From positions 558,001 to 622,000 of the forward strand of contig NW_021825821.1 in the NCBI RefSeq assembly GCF_006345805.1: a DNA stretch of 64,000 nt, given 5' to 3'. Numbering within the stretch: the first letter of the stretch is position 1; the number at the start of each line of letters is the position of its first letter. The notes under the pieces were generated by a model. That model saw only the letters and a list, made by a program, of their open reading frames with translations. It made no database searches and was not told the origin of the DNA. This document shows positions 38,577 through 51,480 of this stretch, piece by piece. A program made the position numbers and the translations under genes. Origin of the DNA: Octopus sinensis (lineage: Eukaryota).

Positions 38577-41500
38577 GGTTATGCAACGTGCTACTATCTC
38601 GATGTGTGTCTACCTGGACAACAAGAAACTAACAATATTATTAATAATAATATACCTAGAGCAGGATGGACAACCGCATCGGAGAGACAGACGTCCGATG
38701 GCAAGAAATCGTCTTTGCCATTGCAGAAGGGATCGAGTGCACGACCCGAGGAGGACTGGGTTAAATCCGCCCTTTCCCAAGTGTTGGGAAGAGCTTCCAG
38801 GATGCCCAGAAATGGGTGGCCTACCCTGCTTCAGTGTTTCAATCGACGCTTTAGCTCGAACCTATCGTTAGATGCACTGAAGAAGCTGGCCAAGACCCCT
38901 CCTCCTGGCTCGCGGGGGAGGACTGCCGCTGCGGTTACGCCGTCAGGATGCCCCCCGTGTTCTGAACAACACGAGCACCAGAGTAGTGAGTTATCGCTAC
39001 TCTTGCAGGTTAAGGAGATATTAGTAGGCATATCTCTGCGAATCGTGTTGTCCCCCTTGCGGACCGCAGAGTGACCCGAAAGATACCTCGGTGGCAACTC
39101 AGAAGTGACGTGATGGGTTGCATCAATCGTGCCATAGCTTACGCGATCGTGCGTGAGCCTCCGGAGACAATGGACGAGATTTCTCTCTATTTGTACTCGG
39201 CACAGACAACCTATGATGAAATCACTCAGAGGCCTGCCCCAAAGAGTAGATGAGAGAGAAAACATTGCCGCAAAAGTAGCGCAAGGAAAGCCGAGCTGGA
39301 AGCGCTGACTGGGCACATTTTGAATGTGAGCAATGGGGTCAAGGGCAAGACTCCCCCCTTGGTGCGTACTTTACTTCGTCGGGAACGAGCTGCCAAATGG
39401 GACCTCAACGAGTTGAGGCGTGTCTGGGCAGAGAGGGAGGAGCTGATTCTCGTTTATCAGAAGAAGCTCTCAACTCATGAGTCTCGGTGTCAGCGCAGGC
39501 GGGAGAACAACCTGTTTGAATTTAATCGCAGGTCGTTCTATCGTCGGTTGCACGGAGAGACGAGAGGAGGGTACCCAGCAAAAGGCCGAAATGCTTGACA
39601 CATGGGGGAGTATGTGGAAAGCACGTCCTCGCAAGGGTGTGTCGTTTCCGTTTTGTGGACCCGATGCTCCCTTGATGACCGAGTCTTGTGGTGTCTCTGA
39701 CATCCGCAAGAAGTTCGATGAAGCGGTAACCCGTCTCTCTGACTGGAAGACACCTGGGGTCGATAAAGTGTATAATTTCTTTATTAAAAATTGCAAACCT
39801 ATCCATGATTGCATGTGTCGAGCAATCGAACAGTTTACACTAGACCCTGGCTCGATTCCAGAGTGGTTATGTACTGGGGTCACTTATTTGATCCCTAAAG
39901 TAGATAACCCTTCCGCTCCGACAGATTATCGTCCGATAACCTGTATGCCCAACCTGTACAAGTTGATGACTAAGGTGGTGGCTACTGAGGTCAGAAATTT
40001 CGTGGAGGTGAATGGGATTCTGTCCGAGAACCAGTTAGGTACTCGGCGGGATTGCCAGGGAGCTAAGGAGCAGGCACTGATCAACAAATGCCTCGCGAGA
40101 GAGCCCACGGAAACTCACTAGTGTCAATGTGGGTGGATGTGAAGAAGGCATATGACTCGGTTGATCATGCCTACCTCGTTGAGTGTCTGCGAAGGCTTAA
40201 GTTGCCAATGTGGTTTATCAAATTTGTTGCAACTGTGATGGACAGGTGGAACGTCCATCTAAATTACAACAAATGCGATATAGGCGAGGTGAAACTAGAG
40301 AGGGGCATATTACAGGGCGACAGCATGTCTCCGCTGCTGTTCGTCCTCTGCCTAGAACCGCTGAGTAGAGTCCTCACTGCCCAATTCGAACAAATGTCGA
40401 TCGAACATGAAGGAGGGGTTTTAGCACCAACCATCTCATGTTCATAGACGACATTAAGCTGTTCGCTCGGTCTTCAGAGATCCTCCACTCAATGGGTAAA
40501 GTCCTGAAAGGTTTCATGAAGGCCGTGGGGTTGGAGCTCAACTACGACAAGTCGGCGACTAACACCCCTGTGTGCGGTGACCTAGTCAAAGTCTTGGAGG
40601 AACACCAAGGATATAAGTATCTTGGTGTGGTTGAGAGTCCAGCCTCATTAATCACACCCGAAACGAGAAAGTGTGTAGTGGAGGGTGTGCGTAGTAGGGC
40701 GGCAATGTTATGTAAGACTTGGCTCAATGCACGGAACTTATTTCATGCCTTGAACGAGTATGCCATCTCATTGCTAAACTACTACGTTGGCCTGATCGAA
40801 TTCGAGCCGAGTGAGTACGATGAAATGGACCTTATTGTCCGAAGAGTACTCCGAGAGAATCATGTCCACGTGTTGGCAAGCAATAAGGAGAGATTGTACT
40901 TGTCTCGCGGGCAGCTAGGACGTGGACTGAGTAACATCGTACACTTAAGTGAGCGAATTCTTACTAAGATGCACGACACCTTGTGGAGTGGGTCGAGTGT
41001 ATCCCAAAGGAAGGCTGCCATCCTTGCTGCTGAAAAAGCGCGTGGTACACACCTAGGAACCATAAAAGGCTATGTGTCGGCTAAGTATGGTCTAGGTGCT
41101 ACCCAAGTTAATGTGAAGGAGTTGATCAAACTTCAAAAGGAGTCTTTAATTAAAAAGATCAACTTAAAAGTCCTTCACAAGACTCTCTTTAGCAGCCTGG
41201 ACAACCCGCACATTGACGTATCGTCGTCATCTACGTGGCTGAAATATGGGAATAACTCTCCCCGATCAGAAGGGTTGTTCTCATATTTGCAGGATAGAAA
41301 CTTTTTAATGGTCAACGGAAACAGTGTAACCACTGTAAGAGTAAGGCAATGACCGTTGACCATTTAGCACGAAGTGCGGGAGTATGCTTTACCATGATTA
41401 CACATGGAGGCATAACGAGGTGGTGAGGTCCCTCCATCTTTTGCTCTGCAATAAGTACGGCTTGAGGCGGTCCAGAAAGTTGCGAACCCATCGAGTTCAA

Positions 41501-42075
41501 TCGGGGTGTGAGAACTCGCGGTGTGCATTAAGGTGGATACCCCCATACGCACCTCGATTGCTGTCCAGCACAACAGACCCGACATTGTGGTCCACGATAA
41601 GGTCACCGGGGAGATTGTTATCGTGGAGGTGGGCATCACGTGCCTAGACCGTTTGCAGATAGTGGAAGTGGAGAAAAGGAGGAAGTATGACCTCCTTGCA
41701 AACGAGCTAGGACTGATGCACCAGTGCAAAGTCCATGTCATCCCGTGTGTGATGACATGGGATGGAGGTCACCAAATACCACAAGCGGTACTTAAGACAG
41801 TTGGATGTAGATAAGTCTCTACAGGCTTATATACAGTCAACTGTTCTTAAGAGGACTCTGGAGAGTGTCTCGTTTGATGCTCGCCGATCCAGCCCTTCCT
41901 GACGTTTAGTCAGCAAGAGGCGCTGGACTGCACCTTCTCGAAGGTCTACAGTGCCAGAGAAGAGGAGGAAGAAGGGGAGGAGGTGCGTGGAGTGCCGCCT
42001 TCTGCTCACTTCGAAGGCTCTGGACTTAGTTAGTAAAATTACTTAGTTAATTAGTTTCTTTCTTAATAAAAAATG
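38577..42075 (+). mobile_element. R4/Dong-like RLE non-LTR retrotransposon, copy 2
   Basis: Body near-identical to copy 1 with different indels; same 13-bp flanking duplication (42076-42088). Confidence 0.92.
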
Positions 42076-42282
42076 TTTTTATTTTTCGAAAATTCCTGGG
42101 GACCACTAAAAATTTTCTGGGGACCACTAGTGGTCCCCGGGGACCACGGTTGAGAACCGCTGCCCTATACCCAGCCATTAGATATTGGGATCATACAAAT
42201 ATTCAAAAAAATATTACTTAATTGTTTTTAGTTGAAAGTGATCCTACAGAAAGTCTTTTAAAATTAAATCTCCGTAAGGTTG

Positions 42283-43595
42283 AAGAAGGCCCCTGAAATC
42301 TTGATACGAGCATTGACTATGTTGTTTCACGCCAGCTGGACGTTCGGGCACCTTCCATCGGCGTGGAAGCATACGATTGTTCGAATGATTCCAAAATCTG
42401 GTAAATCGACACTGCTGGCACAGAACTACCGGCCAATTAGCCTCATTTGTGCTTTCTCTAAGACAATGGAAAAGATTGTCTTTAACAGACTCTCTGGTCA
42501 TATAGAGTCACAAAATTTGCTTTTACCCGAACAATGGGGATTTCGTGGAGGAAGATCCACAGGGGACTGCCTCAGGGAATTAGAGCACCAATTATCCCGT
42601 GCTGACAGAAATGAAGCATGGCTAACTGTGGTGTGTCTGGATCTGGCCAAAGCCTTCGATAGCGTGTGGCACCTGGGCCTACCCTCCAGAATCCATGACA
42701 TCGGAGCCGGGATAAAGACCTATCGATGGCTGGAGAGCTTCCTGTCAGGAAGACAATCATTTGTCCGCTGTGGAAACCGCCTATCGGGGTGTGTGGAACT
42801 TAGAAGGGGAGTCCCGCAGGGATCTATCTTGAGTCCACTTCTGTTCAACCTCTTCTTGGCGGACATTCCTCTGCCGTCGACACGTACTGGCAAGCTCGTT
42901 ATCTATGCTGACGATATCCTGGTCATGGATACCTCGAAAAGGATATCGCAGTCTTGGAGACGACTGAAATCATACATTGCAACGCTAAAGATGTGGACTA
43001 TAGAGAAGGGTTTGACCCTAGCACCGGAGAAGAGCACCATTTCATGGTTGCGGAGAGGGAGTCGCTATGCGGAGTCGTGTGCATATGCGATGAGTAGCTA
43101 TGTGATGGATCTCCCGAAAAGCAAAAATCTTTCTTACCTGGGAGCAACCATCAACTGTCGTGGCTCATACGTAGAGCATATAGCAAATCAGAGAAAGAGA
43201 AGTGTGAGGATCCTCAAAAGCTTAACCAGGTTCCATCTGGATCCGGAAACGTACATCTACGTATACAAAACGTGTGTGCAGCCAGTCCTCACATATGGCT
43301 ATGAGGGCTGGTACGGTACGGAGGAGAGTGACTACCTGATCGAACAGTTGGAAAAGACAAGACGTTTCGCTATGAAATTGGCTTACGGAGTACAACTTGA
43401 CGAAAGGTTAAAAGACTCACAAGAATCCTCTGTGCCCACGATCCGGATGGTCTTGGAGAATTGTCGTCAAACATGACTAGTATTGGGGATACGTATGGAA
43501 AGAGACACTTCGGTGCCTTGTTTTTATCTCCCCGTTGATGATTTCTTCCTTGTTTTTCTTTTTCTTTTCGGTCAATAAATACTATTCTATTCTAT
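42283..43595 (+). mobile_element. 5'-truncated Jockey/CR1-like LINE, RT domain open (398 aa)
   Basis: YRPISL, EQWGFR, LDLAKAFDSVWH, GVPQGSILSPLLFNLF, YADD; 14-bp TSD TCTCCGTAAGGTTG (42269-42282, 43596-43609); (CTATT)n tail. Confidence 0.92.
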
Positions 43596-44659
43596 TCTCC
43601 GTAAGGTTGTAATTCTGGTTTCAAATAGTTTAGATAAATTAACAGAAACTTCAATAGTGATGTCTATTGACGATCGCCTAACTGATGAAATAATGACCGA
43701 AAGTGTAAGTAAAATATTAATTGAGAGTGATAACGAAGAAACAATTGAATGTGAATCTTTTGTCTACAATGGAGATATAGCTGAAAACGAGAACGTGGCC
43801 AAGAAATAAATTCTACAAACTTTGAATACTTTGGAACAAAACATTTCTTGCATAAACATAACACAAAAATCAATTAAAAAATTCTATGAATTCAAAATGA
43901 AAATCATCCGAAATGTTTTCAAAATTGAAGAAAAATTAACTGATTACATGTATCCTGCGATTTATTTTTATTATTAAAGTTTTAGGTCGTTCATAAACCT
44001 TCGGGTATTTTTTCCCCCAAATAAAAGCAAAAGAGACACCATAGGCAAAATCGATAGATTTGAATTCTACTTTATTCTCCTCAATGTTCTGCACAATGAT
44101 ATTTTGTGATATTCCACCGTATCTCCACAAAATCATTTCCAAATTGGCCTTACATTTAAAAACTGTCGGAGAAGGTACAATTCATATAACGTAATATTCC
44201 GAGAATCGTCATTGTTGCGACATTGAATAAATATGTGACGGAGTTCTATAGGTCATAAAGTAAAATTAAAAAACCAAAATTTTAATTTATTTAACTAAAA
44301 GTACCAAAACACGTCAAGACTTCTAATTTTGGAATCGATTTAAGGCAAATAAGAATTTTTTTAATATTATCTGAAAAAATCTAAATTTAAGTTTTAAATT
44401 ATTTTATCTGTTGACCAAATTTAAAATAACCCGTCAGGAACTTTTTACGGCGTCAAAAAATTATATATTTATTTGATATTTTTGTCCAGAATGTATATAT
44501 AATTAATACCAGACAGATAAGATTAATTTATTTCAAATTTATAAATCCTTTTCGAGTGCCATCAATTTTCATGATTAAATTAGAGTGCACTCGTTCGATA
44601 TTCGATGTCATTACGTTATTATTGACCTTTTAAGCAATAAACTGTCGTCGTTATCAAAA

Positions 44660-45007
44660 TGGTCGTGTGTCGCAGGCACTGTCGGGGACCACATACTTGT
44701 TCTTTTACTGTCCTTAATCGTAGGTTGTCGAAGGAATTATTATCCTCGTGAATGTTACCACAAGACCATAGTCCCAGTTCAGAGGAGTGGATGGAATAGA
44801 TCAGGTACGAGTTTTTGTGAAAAATTAGACTTTATGGAGATGATGATGATCCAGAACTCCCAAATGCACCAAATGATGATGCAACAAATCATGATGGCCT
44901 CTATGCCGTCCAATAATTCAAACAACTCAAACAAGTGTTCTTGTGGGTACAACAAGTGTGAGAGAGTTATACACCATCATAATCGAGACTTTCATTTATA
45001 TAGATAA
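44660..45007 (+). CDS. Small orphan protein with Met/Gln-rich segment; 5' exon uncertain
   Basis: 24-nt GT-AG intron near 44806; coding-like MEMMMIQNSQMHQMMMQQIMM. Confidence 0.4.
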   Translation, partial: WSCVAGTVGDHILVLLLSLIVGCRRNYYPRECYHKTIVPVQRSGWNRSGTSFCEKLDFMEMMMIQNSQMHQMMMQQIMMASMPSNNSNNSNKCSCGYNKCERVIHHHNRDFHLYR

Positions 45008-45085
45008 CAAATTAGATTTTTATATATAATATTCTTATTTTAATAGTTAGATTATATTATAAATGTTAATAAATATATTTTTAAA

Positions 45086-45094
45086 GCGCGAAAA
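45086..45094 (-). promoter_or_regulatory. E2F-like site (TTTTCGCGC) upstream of the RhoGAP gene
   Basis: Exact TTTSSCGC match in an otherwise GC-poor intergenic gap; motif match only. Confidence 0.2.
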
Positions 45095-45187
45095 ATTGGT
45101 CGATGGATGATGTTGTGGTATGTAGTGGATGGAAATCATTTGGTGTAATCCTCAGAGTTTTGATAAGTTAGAATTAGTCAAAGAAAA

Positions 45188-46192
45188 GTGTTTATAGATA
45201 GTAAAAAAGCACTGGAATACTGCTGTGGAAAAATAAATGAACTACAAAATGAAATAAAAACATTAGAAATCATGATCCAACACACTCGGTTGTTTTTTAT
45301 ACCAAAAAAGCCCAGCGACGAGCTAAAATCAAGTTTAAGTAGAAAAAGACACCACACAATTCGAGTTTTCCAAATATTCATAATTTAAGGACGACATAAA
45401 AAACATAACATTCGACGACAACTTGATACAAAGTCCAATACTTCAAAGCACTCCCAAAAAAGGCATAAAATTAGAGCCTGACTACATCCTTCGCTCAATA
45501 GTAGACCAAACGTACAAGTTCCCTTAGAATGTGCTCATTTCCCACATCGAAGGACTACTAGACCACACAGACATCTATAAAACCAAGGGGTAGGTTAGGC
45601 AGACTATATATAGACCACATAAACAAGTCATTGACTTGGTTAACCTTCTTTCATTGGATAATAGCATCATTCTGGTAGGTTATTAGACACAAAATAGTAG
45701 AATGAAACGCCTTCTTGTGTCCTTACCAGTGCTTTAGAAATGGTCATTCAAAATGCAGCATCCCCTCTTATTCCAGACGACCATCATTTGTCACTTTTAG
45801 TATCCCCACAAGAAAATATCGTGGTTTTACTGAAAACTAAACTTCCTCTTTTAAATCGAGAAATATTGAAAACAGTCTGTCTTCACTTGGAACAGTTATA
45901 TTCTCTGTCAGAAAGGCAGTCCTTAGTTGATGTTTGGTACCCCATTTTGTTCGGAAATAAGGTAGAAGACTCGTTAATTGTGTAGGAAGGACAAATGGAC
46001 AGCTATCGTTCGATTACCAGGACTATATTAGGCATAGGTAGACAGTCCTGGGAGAATATATTTTATAATTCACCATTTCCAGTTAAAAGAGTAAATTGTT
46101 CGTCTTCACTGGTGACACGCATGTTTCCTTGTTTCAATTCGCCATACAAAAAACCAGTCATTAAATGGCCATTTTCTACACCTCGTAAATAA
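45188..46192 (+). CDS. RhoGAP-domain protein with N-terminal coiled coil (divergent; RacGAP1/CYK-4-like possible); start uncertain
   Basis: Spliced reading ILRSINVLISHIEGLLDHTDIYKTKG...LPLLNREILKTVCLHL..VWYPILFG resembles RhoGAP boxes; introns 22-27 nt. Confidence 0.55.
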
Positions 46193-46337
46193 AAGTTTTA
46201 TTTTCTTTTTTTGTTGCTTATTTATGTTCAATTTTATTTTTTATTGTCTTCAATTATATTTTAAATATATAAATAAACTCTGTGCGTCTTGTTGTGTGTA
46301 CATGTGTATAAAATAATATAATTTTTATAATAAAAAA

Positions 46338-46812
46338 CTAGCAGTATTTAATATCAGTTTTTACGTAGTGTCCTTCCATAGAACTCCCTGGGGACAATTT
46401 TTCTATCATTAGTGGCGGGAATTTAAATGAAATTTTTGTCTCGACAACCTCAGGACGGAGTTGTACTTCATTTCCACTTACATATTTAAACTCGTCCTTT
46501 TTTGGTATCAAAATCCACTGAAACTTATAGCCAGTCGTGATTTCGTGTTCTCCCAAACAGTTTCCATTTTTGTATAAAATTCCCGAGCATTTGCCTTTGT
46601 TACAATTCTATGAATGAATTATATTGTGGTACAGGAGCGTCCATCTCGGGCTCCATTTTGGTGATTCTGTAGAGAGATGTGGGCTGGCCGTCTTGTATGT
46701 GGCAGGTTTCCGCAAATAGTCGACCTATTCCGTAGTTTTTGAGTTGTAGGGCGAGGCGGAATATCGGTTTTCCAAATTGAGTGACAGTCCGACCAAACTT
46801 AACAATAGCCAT
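46338..46812 (-). CDS. MRPS34: Mitochondrial ribosomal protein S34
   Basis: GKPIFRLALQLKNYGIGRL..LYRITKM..GKCSGIL..W.LIPK.DE..FPPLM; one 25-nt intron. Confidence 0.75.
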
Positions 46813-47149
46813 GTTGATTTTCAAATTATTTATAATAATATTTTTCCTATTAATAAATAAATTTAAATAAAGATTTTATTTTCAAGTTTGTTTTTCTTAA
46901 AGTAGTTGTTGAAATTGTACAATTCCTGTCTCATAGTTCAAGTAGCTTTAGATGTTGTATTAAGTCATTGCTGGTTTCCAGCTGCATAAAAAAATCCGCA
47001 AAGATTATTTTCGTTTTAAAAATTGATCCAAAGAGAGACATTTAATTAAATCGAAAAAGAACTTAATGAATATTCTAAAAGGTCATTAAATGATGACTGC
47101 TTGAGACTAATGAGATTCTTTCTTGCTAAAACAGAGCTAACTGTTAAAA

Positions 47150-48310
47150 TAGGCAATATAAAATTTTTCAAATTTTATTACGATAAATAGAGTGAAGTCT
47201 CTCATATCTGCCAACTCTTTAGCTGCCATAAAAATATTTTTTAAATCAGAAAATGGAGATGTTGATAAGCTAAAAATTGTTACTAAGAAAGAATTCAATC
47301 AAGATTTACAAATAATCAAAGATTTTTTTAATCAATATAGAAATTTTAACGTTAATGGGGATATTAGGCTAAATAAACTAATTAAGGCCCTCAGAAAAGA
47401 AGATGGTCATCCCATCGGGGGGTTTCCCATCCCCACGGTCGAGTTTTTTAACAGAAGGAAATCCAATTGCTTTACGATTTTGTTAAACCACGCATGCCGT
47501 AGAGACCTTCAGTGGAGGCCTACTCGGTCGTCGGTTTTGACACACAACGATGAGGCTGGCATATTTCCAAGCCGAGCCTCAGACAGACTCCAATCCTCAG
47601 GGACTTGCTGTCCAGCAAAAGTTCGACGGAGAACGAAGGTAACTTTTTTAGCCAGTCACTTGGCATTCAGGTTCACAGACCGCAATTAGGTTTGGCTCGA
47701 AATTTCTCCAAATTTTTTTCACCTTTATGTTATCCCTGTTTCTCTGTACGCTTTGATTGACGGGAAACTCAATACCGGAAAAAGATCACAATTTTTGGTC
47801 CTCCGTTGTCTATATAGAGGTTGCGTTGAGAGATCTAAAAGAGACAATGGCTTTCAGATATCACAGAATCGCACTCATTTATGCGAGTGAGGTGGATTTC
47901 GTATTTGACGACGATAAACTGCTTTAGCACTGCGCAATGCTGAAAAATTGGACCTGAAAATAAATCTTAACAAAACCAGTTATGTAAATAAACACACATC
48001 ATCAAGGAATGACACAAATTTGAGGTATGTAAAGAAACTTTAACTATTTTATCGAAGACTCAAAGGATTACTTGTTAACGTCGTTTTTAAAAAAATCTAA
48101 AACAGATGGATAAGAAGATATATCTAACTAAAACTTCTTTTAAGGCTATGTGAAACGTTTATTCGTTTAATCCTCCTACACAAAAAGAGTATCGGAAGAT
48201 CGGGAGAAGGCTTGAATCCAGGGATGACTTATAAGTTAAACTCAACTCGTACTTCACCAGAAACAACTGACGCCTTACACCTTTTAAAGACACTTCATTC
48301 CAAACATTAA
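47150..48310 (+). mobile_element. Degenerate RTE-like LINE
   Basis: FVVYIEVALRDL..LIYASEVDFV..KINLNKT; same type as 9740-11240. Confidence 0.55.
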
Positions 48311-48709
48311 CTTAATTAGATTATAAAAATTATTCTATCGCATATGAGAATTTTAGTTAACAAAATCTAAGATTTTAGCCTTTTAAAATCTAAATTTTTT
48401 AGAAAAAATATTGGGCAAAAATAAAATTAAAGTCATTTTAACCAATAAATTGTGACCACAAAACCAGTAACGACAATTCAATTACTTTTTAACAATTCAA
48501 TTTAAAAGCACATATTTTGTGTTTACTCTATTAATTAGAATCAACTGATTATTTTTAATCTATCAAAAGAAAGATTAACTTTGTTATTTTATGATAAGTT
48601 TAATTGAAATGTTCAATATTTAGACAATCAAACAATGGTCGTTATGCTTAGTTACTGACAATACATTCAATATAATAACGCAACGTGTATATAGCCGTAA
48701 GTGCCGGGT

Positions 48710-49730
48710 ATGGCCACTTATTCTAACCATTTTATGCAAGTATTGACAATTTAAACTATTTTAGACTAACCGCTTGACAATAGGACATATCAGGAGATAT
48801 ACAATTCAGAAAACCTCAGAGATCAAAGAAATGGAAAATAAGATAAAGGACTGGATCAAACAATATTTGATTCATTTAAATATATTACATTTTAAATTAA
48901 CTGATGACCGTCTATCAGCAACAATGAATAAATTATTCGGGAATGAAAATATATGGGGAGAACTGTCGGTCAGAAAATTCGTAGAAACCTACCGAGATCA
49001 ATCATTTGAGAACGAAGATAAGGTTTTTGTGAAAGAAATTATTGAAAATTTATGCATTTTTATAAAATACCGAACCGAAATCGCAATTTTATTCCCTAAA
49101 ATAACAAAGAAATGTTTGAAAATATTCGACACAATATTAACAATGTTACTTGAGTCGACAAGTGTTATTGAGTTGGACAGTATTCTCCAAATTGAAAACG
49201 TCATTGTTGAAAAGAAAAAAGAATTCTTGGTCAAATCACACGAAATTGAAAGTATGGTCGAATACCTAGATGACCTGTCTAATAATAGTAACAATTTTAT
49301 ATTGGCAAAACGTAAAATATTTGAAAAGATGAGAACTTCGCTGATTTTTGGAGTAAACTTGATAAAAATAACAATTTCTGTATTCAACACAATTGATATG
49401 ATTGATCTAAAAGTTAAAAAGGAGCTCACAAATCTAAAAAATGAACAAATCAACGTGACAAAAAACTATCGGAGATGTCATAGTGCGGATATCGTCGCAC
49501 AGTCACGACGAAGTGCCTCTGCCAATCGTCTACAAATGCCTTCAGACGTAGAAACCAGAAAATCCACTTTTTGCGACAGACAAAACCAGCATTGCTCTAG
49601 TCGTTCAAAAATATTATATCCTCGGACAAAAAATCACGAAGGTAAATTTTCAGTGTTGGATTTTGAAAAAGAAACTGTCCTTAAGTTGGCTCTGGTGATA
49701 TATTTAATATTCACTTTATTAGGCCAATAA
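48710..49730 (+). CDS. Orphan helical/coiled-coil protein (~330 aa) with hydrophobic C-terminus
   Basis: ATG 48710, 25-nt intron 48741-48765, then a 320-codon open exon in very AT-rich DNA. Confidence 0.65.
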
Positions 49731-50203
49731 AAATATAGAAAAATTAAAAATTCAACGAAAACAGATTTTGACAAAGAAAATAGAATTGTTGGAAAATCAG
49801 AATAAAATATATAAATATTACAAATATACCTAAATATTTAAAATATTGGGATTTAAGTTGCTTGGAAACTCATCCTGAAAACACTTTTTTATTTAAAAAT
49901 AAACAATTTTAAAATAACATTGATTTTTTGTTTCTAAATAACGAAAATTGATTATTTTAATTATTTATTTTTACGATGAGCTTAATTGCCATTCGATTTA
50001 AACATTAATCAATATATACATTGACCAACTGGTCTTGTGGTGGTAACAACGACTAGTCAAAAAGCATTAAAAAATTCAAGCCCAATCTTTCTCAAAAGAA
50101 AAAAAACATTTATCACGAATATTTCCATTACTACTGATCAATTACTGACGTCATTACTGACGACCATATACATATATAAACTAAACATGTCCTCACATAT
50201 GTT

Positions 50204-50781
50204 ATGACAAAATCCGAAGATGTCCGAATAATCACGCGCAACGTCATGCAAGCAGCGGTTGGACACCAAATAAATCCCGCCTACCAAATAAGCACACTCA
50301 TGCACAAACTTATCCTCCAAGTCATTGAGGAACAAAGATTTTTTTTTCGTTCGATGCTCAAAAGCCGGCTTATCCAATGGGAAGAAAGTGAGATTGGACA
50401 AGCAAGTGTTGTAAGGACATTCAAAAGCATAATTGGAGAGGTTTTTGCTGTGGGTCCTCAAAGTTGGAAGAAAGTCGTCATTTGTTATGCCTTTTTGTAT
50501 TATTTTTTGAGAAGAAAATGTCGAAGAAATCATCGTGTTTTGGTAGAACACGTGATTGAATGTTTAGCATGTTATGTGGAGGATAATTTGACTGATTGGA
50601 TGGCCGATAATGGGGGGTGGGTTAGGCTTGGTTTTTTGATTTTTAGAATGGTTTTTATGTAAAATTTAGTCGTGAACGCCCAGGGACTTTTTCGTGTTTC
50701 TCATGGAATGTTTGGTATGTACCAATTGGTACCGTGTTGGGAATTTTTGTAATTTTTTATTTATTGAAAATTTTTTTGTAA
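50204..50781 (+). CDS. Bcl-2 family protein, divergent, with C-terminal transmembrane anchor
   Basis: BH1-like EVFAVGPQSWKKVV, BH2 WMADNGGW|NGF with a 26-nt intron (50621-50646) at the family-typical BH2 position, TM tail IGTVLGIFVIFYLL. Confidence 0.8.
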
Positions 50782-51480
50782 GTATTTTAATTAACAGATT
50801 AATTTTTAATGATTATTTAAAGTATTTTAATAAATATTTTGCGTTTTTTAATTTTTGCGACAGTTTGGGTTTTATTTTTTCAGTTTTATTATGGAAAAGA
50901 CAAAAATTTTACTTAATTTTTAATATAGTAGCTAAAGAAAAGTAAAGAAAATGTTGAAATATATATTTTTTAAATTATTTAAGGATTTATTGATATCCCA
51001 ATAAATTGTGTGTTGATTTACGTAAAAAGCAGCCGTAAATTCATAGTTTTAATATCAAATTATTCTTGTTTTTTAAGCACTTGTCTTTTCAATTTACTTA
51101 ATGAATTTTTAAGTATTTTATATTTTTGAGTATGCCAACAAATTGTCTAACAATCAATGATTAAATTTTCCATGTCGGTGATGACAATTGTGATATTCGC
51201 TGGTATTCTCAAACAGTCTAAAAAAGCATAATTAATTACACTTTTATTGCTAAAACTCACATTGTCCCTCTAATCTGATACAAACTATGATTCACAAAAA
51301 ACAAAAAACCACAACTCAGCCCAATTTTTGAGACTAGACTATTTAATTGTTATGTACTTCCTGGAGGCAGAGGATACACTTTAAAGTAATGAAGGAATAC
51401 TAGTTATTAAAGTCGAGTGTTATCGAATATTTTCGTTAAATATTTGCTTATAACGTTAAAAAATCACGCAAAATAGTGGT

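Larger units (their letters stand above)
33952..42162 (-). mobile_element. Internally deleted Buster-type hAT carrying tandem retroelement cargo (8.2 kb)
   Basis: TIR CAGCGGTTCTCAACC at both ends; near-TSD ACCCATAC/CCCTATAC; transposase C-terminus on the minus strand 34145-34560 (FW|CQMAKEFPILS..KTKYRNRL). Confidence 0.8.
33246..43930 (+). mobile_element. pogo/Tigger relic interrupted by the hAT cassette (33952-42162) and a LINE (42283-43595)
   Basis: TA|CAGTC start; ERITV..CCN..GEKLKPLIIGK; NTTP...QPLDIGII is split across the hAT insertion; right end uncertain. Confidence 0.65.

Noticed and set aside
35000-42000. Programmed frameshifting in the R4-like ORFs
   Set aside because: The two copies break at different single-base positions, typical of long-read indel errors or decay.
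34778-42120. LTR retrotransposon
   Set aside because: The direct repeats are hAT end sequence; the protein is RT plus RLE with no integrase, PBS or PPT.
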